Below are positions 39,032-47,385 of a DNA stretch of 64,000 nt, one piece after another (within the stretch, counting starts at the first letter, position 1; each line of letters starts with the position of its first letter). The translations under genes and the position numbers were made by a program. The DNA comes from a bacterium (GTDB lineage Bacteria; Patescibacteriota; Patescibacteriia; S139-126). A model generated the notes under the pieces. It saw nothing but the letters and a program-made list of their open reading frames with translations. It was not told the origin of the DNA and searched no databases. The stretch spans positions 44,753 through 108,752 of the forward strand of contig DAOUWZ010000001.1 in NCBI GenBank assembly GCA_030666865.1. The letters run 5' to 3'.

Positions 39032-40561
39032 ATGAAAAACAAGAAAAAAATCAATAATATCACAACATTTTTAATCATTTTAGGATTATTATTGACTTCA
39101 TTTTTCCCATTTTCAAATACCAACGCCGCTAGTTTTGATTTTACCAAAATTGAATTGACTAACATAGACAATGACATTGCCACCTTTAAATGGTCAACTA
39201 ACTTCCCAGCGCAGGGTTGGTTTCAAATTGGTGAAAATAAATCAATATACACTCAAACTATTAGTGCTGTTGAATTTGACAATCATCAGCAAGCAATTGT
39301 CAGATTGCCAAAAGAAGATATTACTTACTTTTACCGTGTTATTGCAGAAAATACTGAGGGCGCAAGAATAACTTCTTTTGAATTTAACTTCAAAGTCAAA
39401 GATTTTACTGACGATACATTACCTAAATTTATTAATATTCCAAAAATTTTATACAAAGACAGTTCAACGGTATATCTGACATGGGAAACAGATGAAAAAA
39501 CTACTAGCAGACTTTATTATAGTCAAAAAAAAGATTTGTCCGATGCTAAAAAAATTAAAGGGAAGAGTAATAAAGAAAATATAACTAAAGTTAAAATTTC
39601 TAAATTAAACATCAATACTGTTTATTATTTTGAAGTAATAATTATAGATGATTCTGGCAACGAAGCTAAGACTTCGACTCTATCTTTTTCTACCAAACAA
39701 TTTAATGATCAAACTGACCTTCATCTTATTAATCAAAAACCTTTATCAAATAATTCCAACGAAATAAAAGATTCAGAAGTTAAGATGAGCTGGTTAACAT
39801 CCAAACCTTCTATTTGTAATATTTATTACGGAGAAAAAGGGAGGACTAGCAAAAAAATAAATGAAAAAGGTTTAGAAAAAATAGATCATAAGTTTTTAAT
39901 ATCAGATCTTTCTTCAGACACAGAATATACTTATTATATCTATTGTAAAGATATTTTAGGTAAAAAACTGAAAACTGAAAGAACTACTTTGAAAACCAGA
40001 TCGCCGAAAGTCTTGGGATTTGAATACACCAAGAATTTATTAGTAGAAAAATTTATGGGACAGGAATACCGATTGGTAACTACTAATAATAATCCAAATA
40101 TTTACGCCATTGTAAACAAACAAAAATATTTAATTAAAAGTCCAAATATATTTAAATCATACAATTTTTCCTGGAACGAAGTTGAAACTATTACTGATAA
40201 AGCATTGAATAAATACTCTGACGCTCAATTAGTTAAAACAATCAAGAATCCTTCTGTATATTATTTATATAACAATTATAATAGAAAAAAATCATTGCTT
40301 TCAGAAATAGCTTTTAAATCTTATCGCGGTAATTCATGGAAAAAAGTTATCCTGGTCAATAAACTGGATTTAAATCAATACCGAGATTTAGTATTAGTTA
40401 AAGAAAAAAATAATCCGACCGTTTATTTGATTCAAAACAATATTAAAAAACCGATAAAATCATGGGATGTTTTGGTTAAACATAAACTTGATGACCAGCC
40501 AATTGGTATTATCAGTAAAAAAGATCTTGATTCATATATTACCTCTTCAATGCTAGAATAA
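39032..40561 (+). CDS. Secreted protein with three fibronectin-III/PAP-N-like repeats
   Basis: Signal peptide; repeated ...W.T...T...Y.........Y.Y.V...D..GN modules; 509 aa. Confidence 0.4.
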   Translation: MKNKKKINNITTFLIILGLLLTSFFPFSNTNAASFDFTKIELTNIDNDIATFKWSTNFPAQGWFQIGENKSIYTQTISAVEFDNHQQAIVRLPKEDITYFYRVIAENTEGARITSFEFNFKVKDFTDDTLPKFINIPKILYKDSSTVYLTWETDEKTTSRLYYSQKKDLSDAKKIKGKSNKENITKVKISKLNINTVYYFEVIIIDDSGNEAKTSTLSFSTKQFNDQTDLHLINQKPLSNNSNEIKDSEVKMSWLTSKPSICNIYYGEKGRTSKKINEKGLEKIDHKFLISDLSSDTEYTYYIYCKDILGKKLKTERTTLKTRSPKVLGFEYTKNLLVEKFMGQEYRLVTTNNNPNIYAIVNKQKYLIKSPNIFKSYNFSWNEVETITDKALNKYSDAQLVKTIKNPSVYYLYNNYNRKKSLLSEIAFKSYRGNSWKKVILVNKLDLNQYRDLVLVKEKNNPTVYLIQNNIKKPIKSWDVLVKHKLDDQPIGIISKKDLDSYITSSMLE

Positions 40562-40608
40562 TTATTAAAAGAAAAATTCATCTACCTAAAAGGTAAATGA
40601 ATTTTTCT

Positions 40609-40683
40609 TGGTGACCCGTAGGGGAATCGAACCCCTGTTGCCAGGATGAAAACCTGGTGTCCTAACCCCTAGACGAACGGGCC
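40609..40683 (-). tRNA. tRNA-Glu (anticodon UUC), CCA encoded
   Basis: GGCCCGTTCGTCTAGGGGTTAGGACACCAGGTTTTCATCCTGGCAACAGGGGTTCGATTCCCCTACGGGTCACCA. Confidence 0.85.
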
Positions 40684-40697
40684 ATCAAATTTTAAAT

Positions 40698-40931
40698 TTA
40701 TAAACTAAATAATCTATTAAATAATTTTTCTTTAGCCGAACTGTTATTTTTAAGCTCTATCTCTCTCTTTAGCGCTGTGGTTTTATTATTATATGCTTCA
40801 TAATAAATCAATACCATCGGTAATTTATGTTTTATTGATTTAGTTTTTCCTGAATTATGTTGTTTTAAGCGTTCTTTCAAATCTTCAGAACAACCAATAT
40901 AAGTGGTACTATCTTTTTCACTCTTTAACAC
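40698..40931 (-). CDS. Small GIY-YIG nuclease-domain protein (non-ATG start)
   Basis: (YVYV)LKSEKDSTTYIGCSEDLKERLKQHNSGK...LIYYEAY...ALKREIELKN. The only in-frame start is GTG at 40931. The conserved YVY strand is encoded in-frame just upstream, after a TGA. Stop is 14 nt before the tRNA-Glu 5' end. Confidence 0.55.
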   Translation of the reverse strand: MLKSEKDSTTYIGCSEDLKERLKQHNSGKTKSIKHKLPMVLIYYEAYNNKTTALKREIELKNNSSAKEKLFNRLFSL

Positions 40932-40967
40932 ATATACATAAATACATGATCATAATTTAATTTTTAG

Positions 40968-41059
40968 GATGCCACCCTAGCGGGTGGTCACCCGTAAGGG
41001 TGAAAAACCTGGTGTCCTTGCCTCCCGCTAGGGACGGCTAACCCCTAGACGAACGGGCC
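40968..41059 (-). ncRNA. tRNA-Glu-derived structured element (leader of GIY-YIG gene)
   Basis: GGCCCGTTCGTCTAGGGGTTAG [CCGTCCCTAGCGGGAGGCAAG] GACACCAGGTTTT TCACCC-TTAC-GGGTGA CCACCCGCTAGGG. The first 22 nt and the next 13 nt are identical to the adjacent tRNA-Glu. A perfect 10-bp long-range pair (CCCTAGCGGG / CCCGCTAGGG) and a 6-bp hairpin replace the anticodon-3'/T arm. A 3' acceptor-like ACGGGTGACCA is retained. Confidence 0.5.
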
Positions 41060-41231
41060 GAAATAAATTACTAATAATTTATAACTAATAACAAATAGCT
41101 ATTTTTAAAAAAATCGCCAAACAAGCAGCGCATAAGCAATATTAATACAATTTTACACAAATGTCAAATATGTATTGCCCTAAATATAAAAATTTTCTAT
41201 AATATACTTACTTATCATTATATCCAAATAA

Positions 41232-41750
41232 ATGACTAAACTAAAAAAATTAATTTTAGGCAGAATTAAAAACTCACAAGATGATCTAGTAGATCAAAAT
41301 AATTTAGAAAAACAAAATGAATTTTTATCTGACGATGACATTGGTCAAATTACTGAAAGTAAAAATAGTGTTATGAAACAAAACCAAGAAACCGACCAAG
41401 AATGGCTTGATGAAGATTTAGAAGGACAGTTGTCAGTTGACGTCTTTCAAAATAAAGATAATGTTATTATCAAATCAACAATCGCTGGGGTGAAACCTGA
41501 AGATATTGATATTGATATTAATAATGACATGATAACCATCAAAGGAAAAAGAGAAGCTGAATATGTAGTCAAAAAAGATGACTATTTTTATCAAGAATGT
41601 TATTGGGGGAATTTCTCTCGCTCAATTATTTTGCCAGTTGAAGTAAAAGCAGATAAGACGGATGCTGAGTTAAAAAATGGAATACTAACAATCACCATTC
41701 CAAAAGCCAAGGCTTCTAAAGCAATCTCAGTAAAAGTAAAAAGCGAATAA
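41232..41750 (+). CDS. Hsp20/alpha-crystallin family small heat-shock protein
   Basis: VDVFQNKDNVIIKSTIAGVKPEDIDIDINNDMITIKGKRE...ELKNGILTITIPKA. Confidence 0.75.
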   Translation: MTKLKKLILGRIKNSQDDLVDQNNLEKQNEFLSDDDIGQITESKNSVMKQNQETDQEWLDEDLEGQLSVDVFQNKDNVIIKSTIAGVKPEDIDIDINNDMITIKGKREAEYVVKKDDYFYQECYWGNFSRSIILPVEVKADKTDAELKNGILTITIPKAKASKAISVKVKSE

Positions 41751-41751
41751 T

Positions 41752-41979
41752 ATGAGTAATGAAAATATCATATCTGCCACAATAAAAAAACTAGAAACTG
41801 ACAAGGTTATAATTACAATTAACAATGGTAATGAAATTACTCTGCCTTTAAATTATATCCCAGCTGATGTTGGTGAAGGCGATGTTTTGCATATTACTAT
41901 CAGCAATCCACTTGATAATCAAAAAAAATCTGAGCAAACTAAAGAATTGTTAAATGAAATTCTTAAACCAAATAGCTAA
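41752..41979 (+). CDS. DUF3006-like small protein
   Basis: ATIKKLETDKVIITINNGNEITLPLNYIPADVGEGDVLHITI matches the DUF3006 pattern (..DRFEGD.AV....G....P...LP..A.EGDVL). Confidence 0.4.
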   Translation: MSNENIISATIKKLETDKVIITINNGNEITLPLNYIPADVGEGDVLHITISNPLDNQKKSEQTKELLNEILKPNS

Positions 41980-43822
41980 AATAAATAAATTCAAAAATAA
42001 ATGGTTATTGGCGTCGTTAACTATTTTTTTTATAGTTTTGGGGATTATTTTTGGATTACTAACCACCCTTCAAGTTGTATATGCTAAAAAAATATTACCG
42101 AATACATACATAGCCGGCATAAGAGTAGGGGGACTAGCTCCTCCAGAAGCTTATAAACTCGTACAGAAAAAAACTGACAACCTTCTACAAAAAGGATTTG
42201 TTTTTAATTATAAAAATCAAAAAATAATAGTACAAAACTCATTACAATCACTGGGAGACCCTGATATAAATCAAGAGTTAGTTAGTTTTGACCTGACGAA
42301 AAGTATTGACGAAGCGGCTCTAAACATCATGACAGAAAAAAATCATCTGGACTATCTCAAATATTTTTATACTATTATTAAAAGAAAGAACGTTCCTCTT
42401 TATTTTTACGCTAATTATGATGAAATAGAAGAAATTATTAGCCGAGATATGAAACAAATAATTTCTCGAGCCAAGCCAGTTGGAATTGAAATAGATAACG
42501 ATAATTTTTCTATTACCCCTGATATAAGCGGTAAAAATATAGACTGGATAAAAATATTTGGAATATTTGACGCACAATTGAAAAACTTAATATCTGTTGA
42601 GATTCCCTTGACCTTGAAACTTGAAAATGCAGCCATATCTTATGATCAAGCTAAAAAAAATACCAATAAAATCCAGGAAATAATCAATAAAAGACCAAAC
42701 ATCAAACTAACTCACAAGGGATATTATTGGACAATTTCTTGGCCTGAAATTAACAGGTGGCTTATTTTTAAAAAGAATAATCAAGATATAGTAATCACCC
42801 TGTCTTATGATGAACTAAAAATATATTTGGAAGACAATATTTTAGATGAAATAAATACTCCAGCCAAGGATGCCAAATTTGAAATTAAAAATGGACGAGT
42901 AATAAAATTTCAAGGCAGTCATGATGGCAAAGAAATGAATTTAGATAAAACAATTAATCTGATTCAAAATAATTTCTCAAATAATTTATTTGAAAATGAA
43001 ATAATTGTAAGCCCTATCCAAGCTAAAGTTAATACCAAGGATATTAATGATTTCGGCATTAGAGAAATTATTGGCACTGGTACTTCAAATTTCTCTGGCA
43101 GTCCTAGAAATAGAAGACACAATATCCAAATTGGCGCTAATACCCTAAATGGTATTTTAATAAAACCTGGTGAAGAATTTTCTTTGGTAAAAACATTGGG
43201 CGAGATTAATAAAGAGAATGGATATTTAACTGAATTGGTAATTAAAGGAAATAAAACTATTCCTGAATATGGTGGCGGACTATGCCAAATTGGCACTACC
43301 ACATTCAGAACTACCTTCAATTCTGGATTACCTATACTTGAAAGAAGAAATCATTCCTACCGAGTTCGTTATTATGAACCAGCTGGAACAGACGCGACTA
43401 TCTATGACCCAAAGCCTGATTTTAGATTCCTAAATGATACAAAAAATTATGTACTTATTCAAACTAGAATTGAAGGTGATGAGTTAATTTTTGATTTTTG
43501 GGGAACAAAGGATGGACGAGAAATTAAAATATCTGAACCAAAAATCTATAATATCACTGCTCCACCAGCAACTAAATATATTGAGACAACCGAATTAGCT
43601 ATTGATGAAAAAAAATGCACAGAAAGCGCGCACGCTGGTGCTGACGCGCATTTTACCTATCAAGTAACCTATTCGGATGGCAAAATTGATGAAGAAATTT
43701 TCACCAGTCATTATAAACCATGGGGAGCTGTCTGCTTAATCGGTGTGGAAGAATTGCCACCTGAAAATCCTGAAAAAAACAATAGTCAGGTCAGCACTTC
43801 CACTGAAGAAAGTCTTGACTAA
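41954..43822 (+). CDS. VanW-family protein
   Basis: PGEEFSLVKTLGEI...EYGGGLCQIGTTTFRTTFNSGLPILERRNHSYRV is the VanW signature. N-terminal TM anchor; 622 aa. Confidence 0.65.
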   Translation: MKFLNQIAKINKFKNKWLLASLTIFFIVLGIIFGLLTTLQVVYAKKILPNTYIAGIRVGGLAPPEAYKLVQKKTDNLLQKGFVFNYKNQKIIVQNSLQSLGDPDINQELVSFDLTKSIDEAALNIMTEKNHLDYLKYFYTIIKRKNVPLYFYANYDEIEEIISRDMKQIISRAKPVGIEIDNDNFSITPDISGKNIDWIKIFGIFDAQLKNLISVEIPLTLKLENAAISYDQAKKNTNKIQEIINKRPNIKLTHKGYYWTISWPEINRWLIFKKNNQDIVITLSYDELKIYLEDNILDEINTPAKDAKFEIKNGRVIKFQGSHDGKEMNLDKTINLIQNNFSNNLFENEIIVSPIQAKVNTKDINDFGIREIIGTGTSNFSGSPRNRRHNIQIGANTLNGILIKPGEEFSLVKTLGEINKENGYLTELVIKGNKTIPEYGGGLCQIGTTTFRTTFNSGLPILERRNHSYRVRYYEPAGTDATIYDPKPDFRFLNDTKNYVLIQTRIEGDELIFDFWGTKDGREIKISEPKIYNITAPPATKYIETTELAIDEKKCTESAHAGADAHFTYQVTYSDGKIDEEIFTSHYKPWGAVCLIGVEELPPENPEKNNSQVSTSTEESLD

Positions 43823-43924
43823 TTAGTCGGTTTTGATTACAATAATAAAGCTATTTAAAATATATTACTAATATAATCACTGATTGTTATTAGTTATTAG
43901 TTATAAATTATTAGTGATTTATCT

Positions 43925-43971
43925 GCGGGTGTAGTTTCCGCCCGAGGCGGACCCGCCTTTGGCGGGCAGTC
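43925..43971 (+). ncRNA. tRNA-Gly-derived GC-rich hairpin element (orphan, no GIY-YIG gene)
   Basis: GCGGGTGTAGTT (identical to the first 12 nt of tRNA-Gly 55 nt downstream), then TCCGCC-CGA-GGCGGA and CCCGCC-TTTG-GCGGG perfect hairpins. Confidence 0.45.
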
Positions 43972-44025
43972 AAAGATTAACATTAATTAATTTCTAATAT
44001 TTCGATTTTACTTTTAAATTTTCAA

Positions 44026-44102
44026 GCGGGTGTAGTTCAGTTGGCTAGAACGTTTCCTTGCCAAGGAAAAGGTCGCCGGTTCGAATCCGGTCACCCGCTC
44101 CA
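44026..44102 (+). tRNA. tRNA-Gly (anticodon GCC), CCA encoded
   Basis: GCGGGTGTAGTTCAGTTGGCTAGAACGTTTCCTTGCCAAGGAAAAGGTCGCCGGTTCGAATCCGGTCACCCGCTCCA. Confidence 0.85.
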
Positions 44103-44266
44103 ACAAATCAAACTCGATTAGAGTTTGGCGAAGCTGACACAAATCAGATTTGACCATAATCATCTATAGAAATAAATACATTACGAAAACACCTTGTAGT
44201 TTGTGGCTAATGGGATGACTATAAGCTATAGACTATAAATTGTTTTATTTAAATTTATCTAATCAA

Positions 44267-44353
44267 GCCGGGATGGCGGAATTGGTAGACGCGTTGGACT
44301 TAAAATCCAATAGTATTTATACTGTGGGAGTTCGATTCTCCCTCCCGGCACCA
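44267..44353 (+). tRNA. tRNA-Leu (anticodon UAA), CCA encoded
   Basis: GCCGGGATGGCGGAATTGGTAGACGCGTTGGACTTAAAATCCAA + long variable arm + GGGAGTTCGATTCTCCCTCCCGGCACCA. Confidence 0.85.
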
Positions 44354-44573
44354 CGCTGAACGTGATTAAAAAATGCTTAGCGTTTCACCAAGTTAGACCT
44401 AGTCAAACTTGGTTTATTAGAGCTTTAATGCTCTACTAAAATATTTGTATCTTGCTGCCAATTAATTTTGGCTTATCATATTGCAAGATAATATCTTTCT
44501 TTGATTAATAATCAGTACACTGCAAGTAGACACATTAATGTGTCCTTTCAGTCTGAGCTTCAGAGAAAGACCT

Positions 44574-44606
44574 AAGAGAAAATCGCGCAAATAATGCGCG
44601 ATTTTC
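44574..44606. terminator. Strong perfect hairpin (14-bp stem) at the end of the minus-strand operon
   Basis: GAGAAAATCGCGCA-AATAA-TGCGCGATTTTCTC. No clear U-run on either side, so terminator function is uncertain. Confidence 0.4.
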
Positions 44607-44629
44607 TCGTTGAATAAAAATAGATAACA

Positions 44630-44917
44630 CTATTGAATATTTAATTTTTTACTAATAAATTTTTTAGTGATATTTTTTATTATCAAAACTTTCTTTTGAT
44701 TTGTAATCCCTTGAATTACTTCAATATATGACTTTGGCACACCAATTACCTTAGCTAAAAAAGAAATCAACTCTTTATTAGCTCTGCCTTTTTCTGGAAC
44801 AGCTGGAATTCTCATTTTTAAATCTTCATTAAACCAACCAATAATTTCACTCTTATCTGAATTGGGAATAATTTTCACTGACAACCAAACATCTTTTTCT
44901 TTTTGAATAAACATCAA
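44630..44917 (-). CDS. DUF167/YggU-family protein
   Basis: LSVKIIPNSDKSEIIGWFNEDLKMRIPAVPEKGRANKELISFLAKVIGVPKSYIEVIQGITNQKKVLII. Confidence 0.55.
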   Translation of the reverse strand: MMFIQKEKDVWLSVKIIPNSDKSEIIGWFNEDLKMRIPAVPEKGRANKELISFLAKVIGVPKSYIEVIQGITNQKKVLIIKNITKKFISKKLNIQ

Positions 44918-44918
44918 T

Positions 44919-45698
44919 CTATAAATACTTTAATAGTTTATTATGCACCTTGCCATTTGTGGCCATAATATTTTTTGATTGTAAATTCCAATTTTTTCCT
45001 TTAAAATCTGTTACCTTGCCACCAGCTTCCCGAACCAACAACATCCCCACTGCTACATCCCATGAATGCGCTCCAGGGATGACAATACTTTCAGTAATAC
45101 CAGCAGCTACTCTGGCAAATTCGATTGTAGCTGCGCCTAATTGTCTAATCTCACAACCAGCTAAAAATAATTTTTGATGATAAATATTGGCTTGCCTGCC
45201 ATAAAATAATTTACTAGAACCATAACAATAAGTATGGAAAGCTTTAAGATAATTGCTTTCTGATGAAACTTTTATTCTTTTGCCGTTCAGCCAAGCCCCT
45301 TTTCCTTTTTCTGCAATATAAAACTCTTCCAAAATTGGAGCATAAATAACTCCATAAACAACTTCCCCTTTATAAGCTAAAGCGATTGATACTGAAAACA
45401 AAGGATTTTTAATAGTAAAATTGGTAGTACCGTCAACTGGATCGATAATCCATAAATAATCTTTAGAAGCAAAATCAAGACTGCCTGTTTCTTCTGACAA
45501 AATATCATGATCAGGAAAAATTTTCCTTATCTTTTTAATAATAATCTTATCGGCTAATTTATCGGCTACTGTAACCACTTGGTGCTTAGATTTTAAAGTG
45601 AACTTAATCTTGCCTGGACGATCGTATATCTTTTTAATTTCTTTCCCGGCTTCTCGAGCCGCTATTTGAGCGACTTGTTTTATTTTTTTTGTAATCAT
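44919..45698 (-). CDS. Inositol monophosphatase family protein (SuhB-like)
   Basis: WIIDPVDGTTNF metal-binding motif plus IMPase fold blocks. Confidence 0.75.
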   Translation of the reverse strand: MITKKIKQVAQIAAREAGKEIKKIYDRPGKIKFTLKSKHQVVTVADKLADKIIIKKIRKIFPDHDILSEETGSLDFASKDYLWIIDPVDGTTNFTIKNPLFSVSIALAYKGEVVYGVIYAPILEEFYIAEKGKGAWLNGKRIKVSSESNYLKAFHTYCYGSSKLFYGRQANIYHQKLFLAGCEIRQLGAATIEFARVAAGITESIVIPGAHSWDVAVGMLLVREAGGKVTDFKGKNWNLQSKNIMATNGKVHNKLLKYL

Positions 45699-46198
45699 AT
45701 AATTTTTTCCAATAATTTTAATTCAAGTTTTTTATTCTCAGTGTCATATACAGCAAAAGTAGCTTTTTGAAATAACCCCGCTAAAGTACCAGGGTTAACT
45801 AACCTGGTTTTACCTACTAACTCTTCCCAAGGTTTGTGATTGTGACCATAAAATACCAAATCATATTTTCCGCTAACAGCTAAATCTTTGGCTTGATCTG
45901 GGTAATGAATAACTGCATAATTTTCTCCATCAATTTCAAACTCTGCCAAATCACCATAATGAATTACATGGGGAAAATCTTTAGCAATCATGGTAAGCAT
46001 TTCTCGGTCAGTTACGTTACCAAAAACCATACGAATTTTTCCGCTAAATTCAACTGCTAACAATTTTTTTAAAATGCTAGGCGCACATAAATCGCCGCAA
46101 AAAATAATTTCTTTAATACTACTTTGATTTACCCAATTTAAAAATTTTTCTAAATTCGGCACATTATCATGCGAGTCAGAAAAAACCGCTATTTTCAT
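45695..46198 (-). CDS. Metallophosphoesterase (YfcE-like)
   Basis: MKIAVFSDSHDN ... GDL ... GHNHKP motifs. Confidence 0.7.
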   Translation of the reverse strand: MKIAVFSDSHDNVPNLEKFLNWVNQSSIKEIIFCGDLCAPSILKKLLAVEFSGKIRMVFGNVTDREMLTMIAKDFPHVIHYGDLAEFEIDGENYAVIHYPDQAKDLAVSGKYDLVFYGHNHKPWEELVGKTRLVNPGTLAGLFQKATFAVYDTENKKLELKLLEKII

Positions 46199-46393
46199 AA
46201 ATTTTATTTAATTGTTATTAATAGTTTAACAAAAAAAATAAAAAAAGTCAGCTACTCATTCTTTTCTATATCAAATGCTAACAAAAAAACGGGTGGACTA
46301 CCCGAATTTTTTAGACTCACTATCTAATAAATTATGCAGTGGGTCTAGTATATATTATTGGCATGGGGAATATAATATATTTTGTATTATAAA

Positions 46394-47275
46394 CTATATT
46401 TTAGATTTCCGCAATTTTTTCAAAATGTTAATATCTTTTTTAATAGTCTTTTCTCCGTCTACCCATGGAGTTTCTAAAATGAAATCCATATTTTTAAACT
46501 TAGGATAAGTCAGTATAGCTTTGATACCGTTCATCCCTATTTTACCCTTGCCCAAATTTGCATGCCTGTCTTTATGTGAGTCAAGTTCAGCCAAAGAATC
46601 ATTAATATGTATAACTTCCAACCTATTTAGTCCAATAGTTTGATCAAACAACTTAAATGTCTTTGATACTTGTTGTTTATTTCTTAAATCATAACCACTG
46701 GCAAAGGCGTGACAAGTGTCAAAACAGACACCTATTTTATTATTTGTACGGACGGGTCGCGACCCGTCCCTACCTTCTACTAACTTGATAATCGCCGCGA
46801 TTTGTTCAAAATTATCACCAACAATCTGCCCAGCACCAGCCGCAATCTCTATTAAAAATTTATTCCTACCTCGGTAGCCCTTAAGAGTCGCAATCAAAGC
46901 CTCAGCTGTTTTATTTACTATATCTCTGCTATCAATATCTTTTGCGCTGCCCAAATGCGTCATAGTAGCTCGCACGCCCAATTTATCACCCCGCTCTAAT
47001 TCTTGCCTGACAACTTCAATTGATCCTTTTAATATTCGATTATTAGTTGAAAGAAAATTTATATAGTAAGGCGTATGAAGATAATAAGAATCATAGTTAT
47101 TATCCTGACAATTATTTTTAAATTCTTTAACAACTTCTTTGGTCAAATCAGCCGGCTTGCCACCACGTGGCGACCGGGAAAACATTTGAAAAATCTCACA
47201 ACCAGCATTACGAGCATTCAAAGGAGCATTCTCAACTCCTCCAACTATAGAAATATGAGCACCAAATTTCATCAA
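46394..47275 (-). CDS. nfo: Endonuclease IV (AP endonuclease family 2)
   Basis: MMKFGAHISIVGG... TIM-barrel Nfo blocks and His/Asp/Glu metal ligands (HLGSAKD, HINDS). Confidence 0.8.
   Translation of the reverse strand: MMKFGAHISIVGGVENAPLNARNAGCEIFQMFSRSPRGGKPADLTKEVVKEFKNNCQDNNYDSYYLHTPYYINFLSTNNRILKGSIEVVRQELERGDKLGVRATMTHLGSAKDIDSRDIVNKTAEALIATLKGYRGRNKFLIEIAAGAGQIVGDNFEQIAAIIKLVEGRDGSRPVRTNNKIGVCFDTCHAFASGYDLRNKQQVSKTFKLFDQTIGLNRLEVIHINDSLAELDSHKDRHANLGKGKIGMNGIKAILTYPKFKNMDFILETPWVDGEKTIKKDINILKKLRKSKI
46750..46769. repeat. Perfect 20-nt GC palindrome embedded in-frame in nfo coding sequence
   Basis: GGACGGGTCGCGACCCGTCC (100% GC apart from two A/T), inside an AT-rich CDS. Encodes ...RDGSRPVRT... 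Confidence 0.6.
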
Positions 47276-47356
47276 TTAGAATATAGCATTTAGTATATGG
47301 TATATTGGTAAAATAATTTTAAATTATAATTCTCTAAATCACTAAAACCTAGAACC

Positions 47357-47372
47357 CCTGCCGGCAGGCAGG
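47357..47372. repeat. Shorter copy of the CCTGCC(G)GCAGG palindrome family
   Basis: CCTGCCGGCAGGCAGG. Related to the 20-nt palindromes at 19414 and 20172; degenerate relatives at about 6177 and 23688. Confidence 0.5.
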
Positions 47373-47385
47373 TATCAACTAAAAC

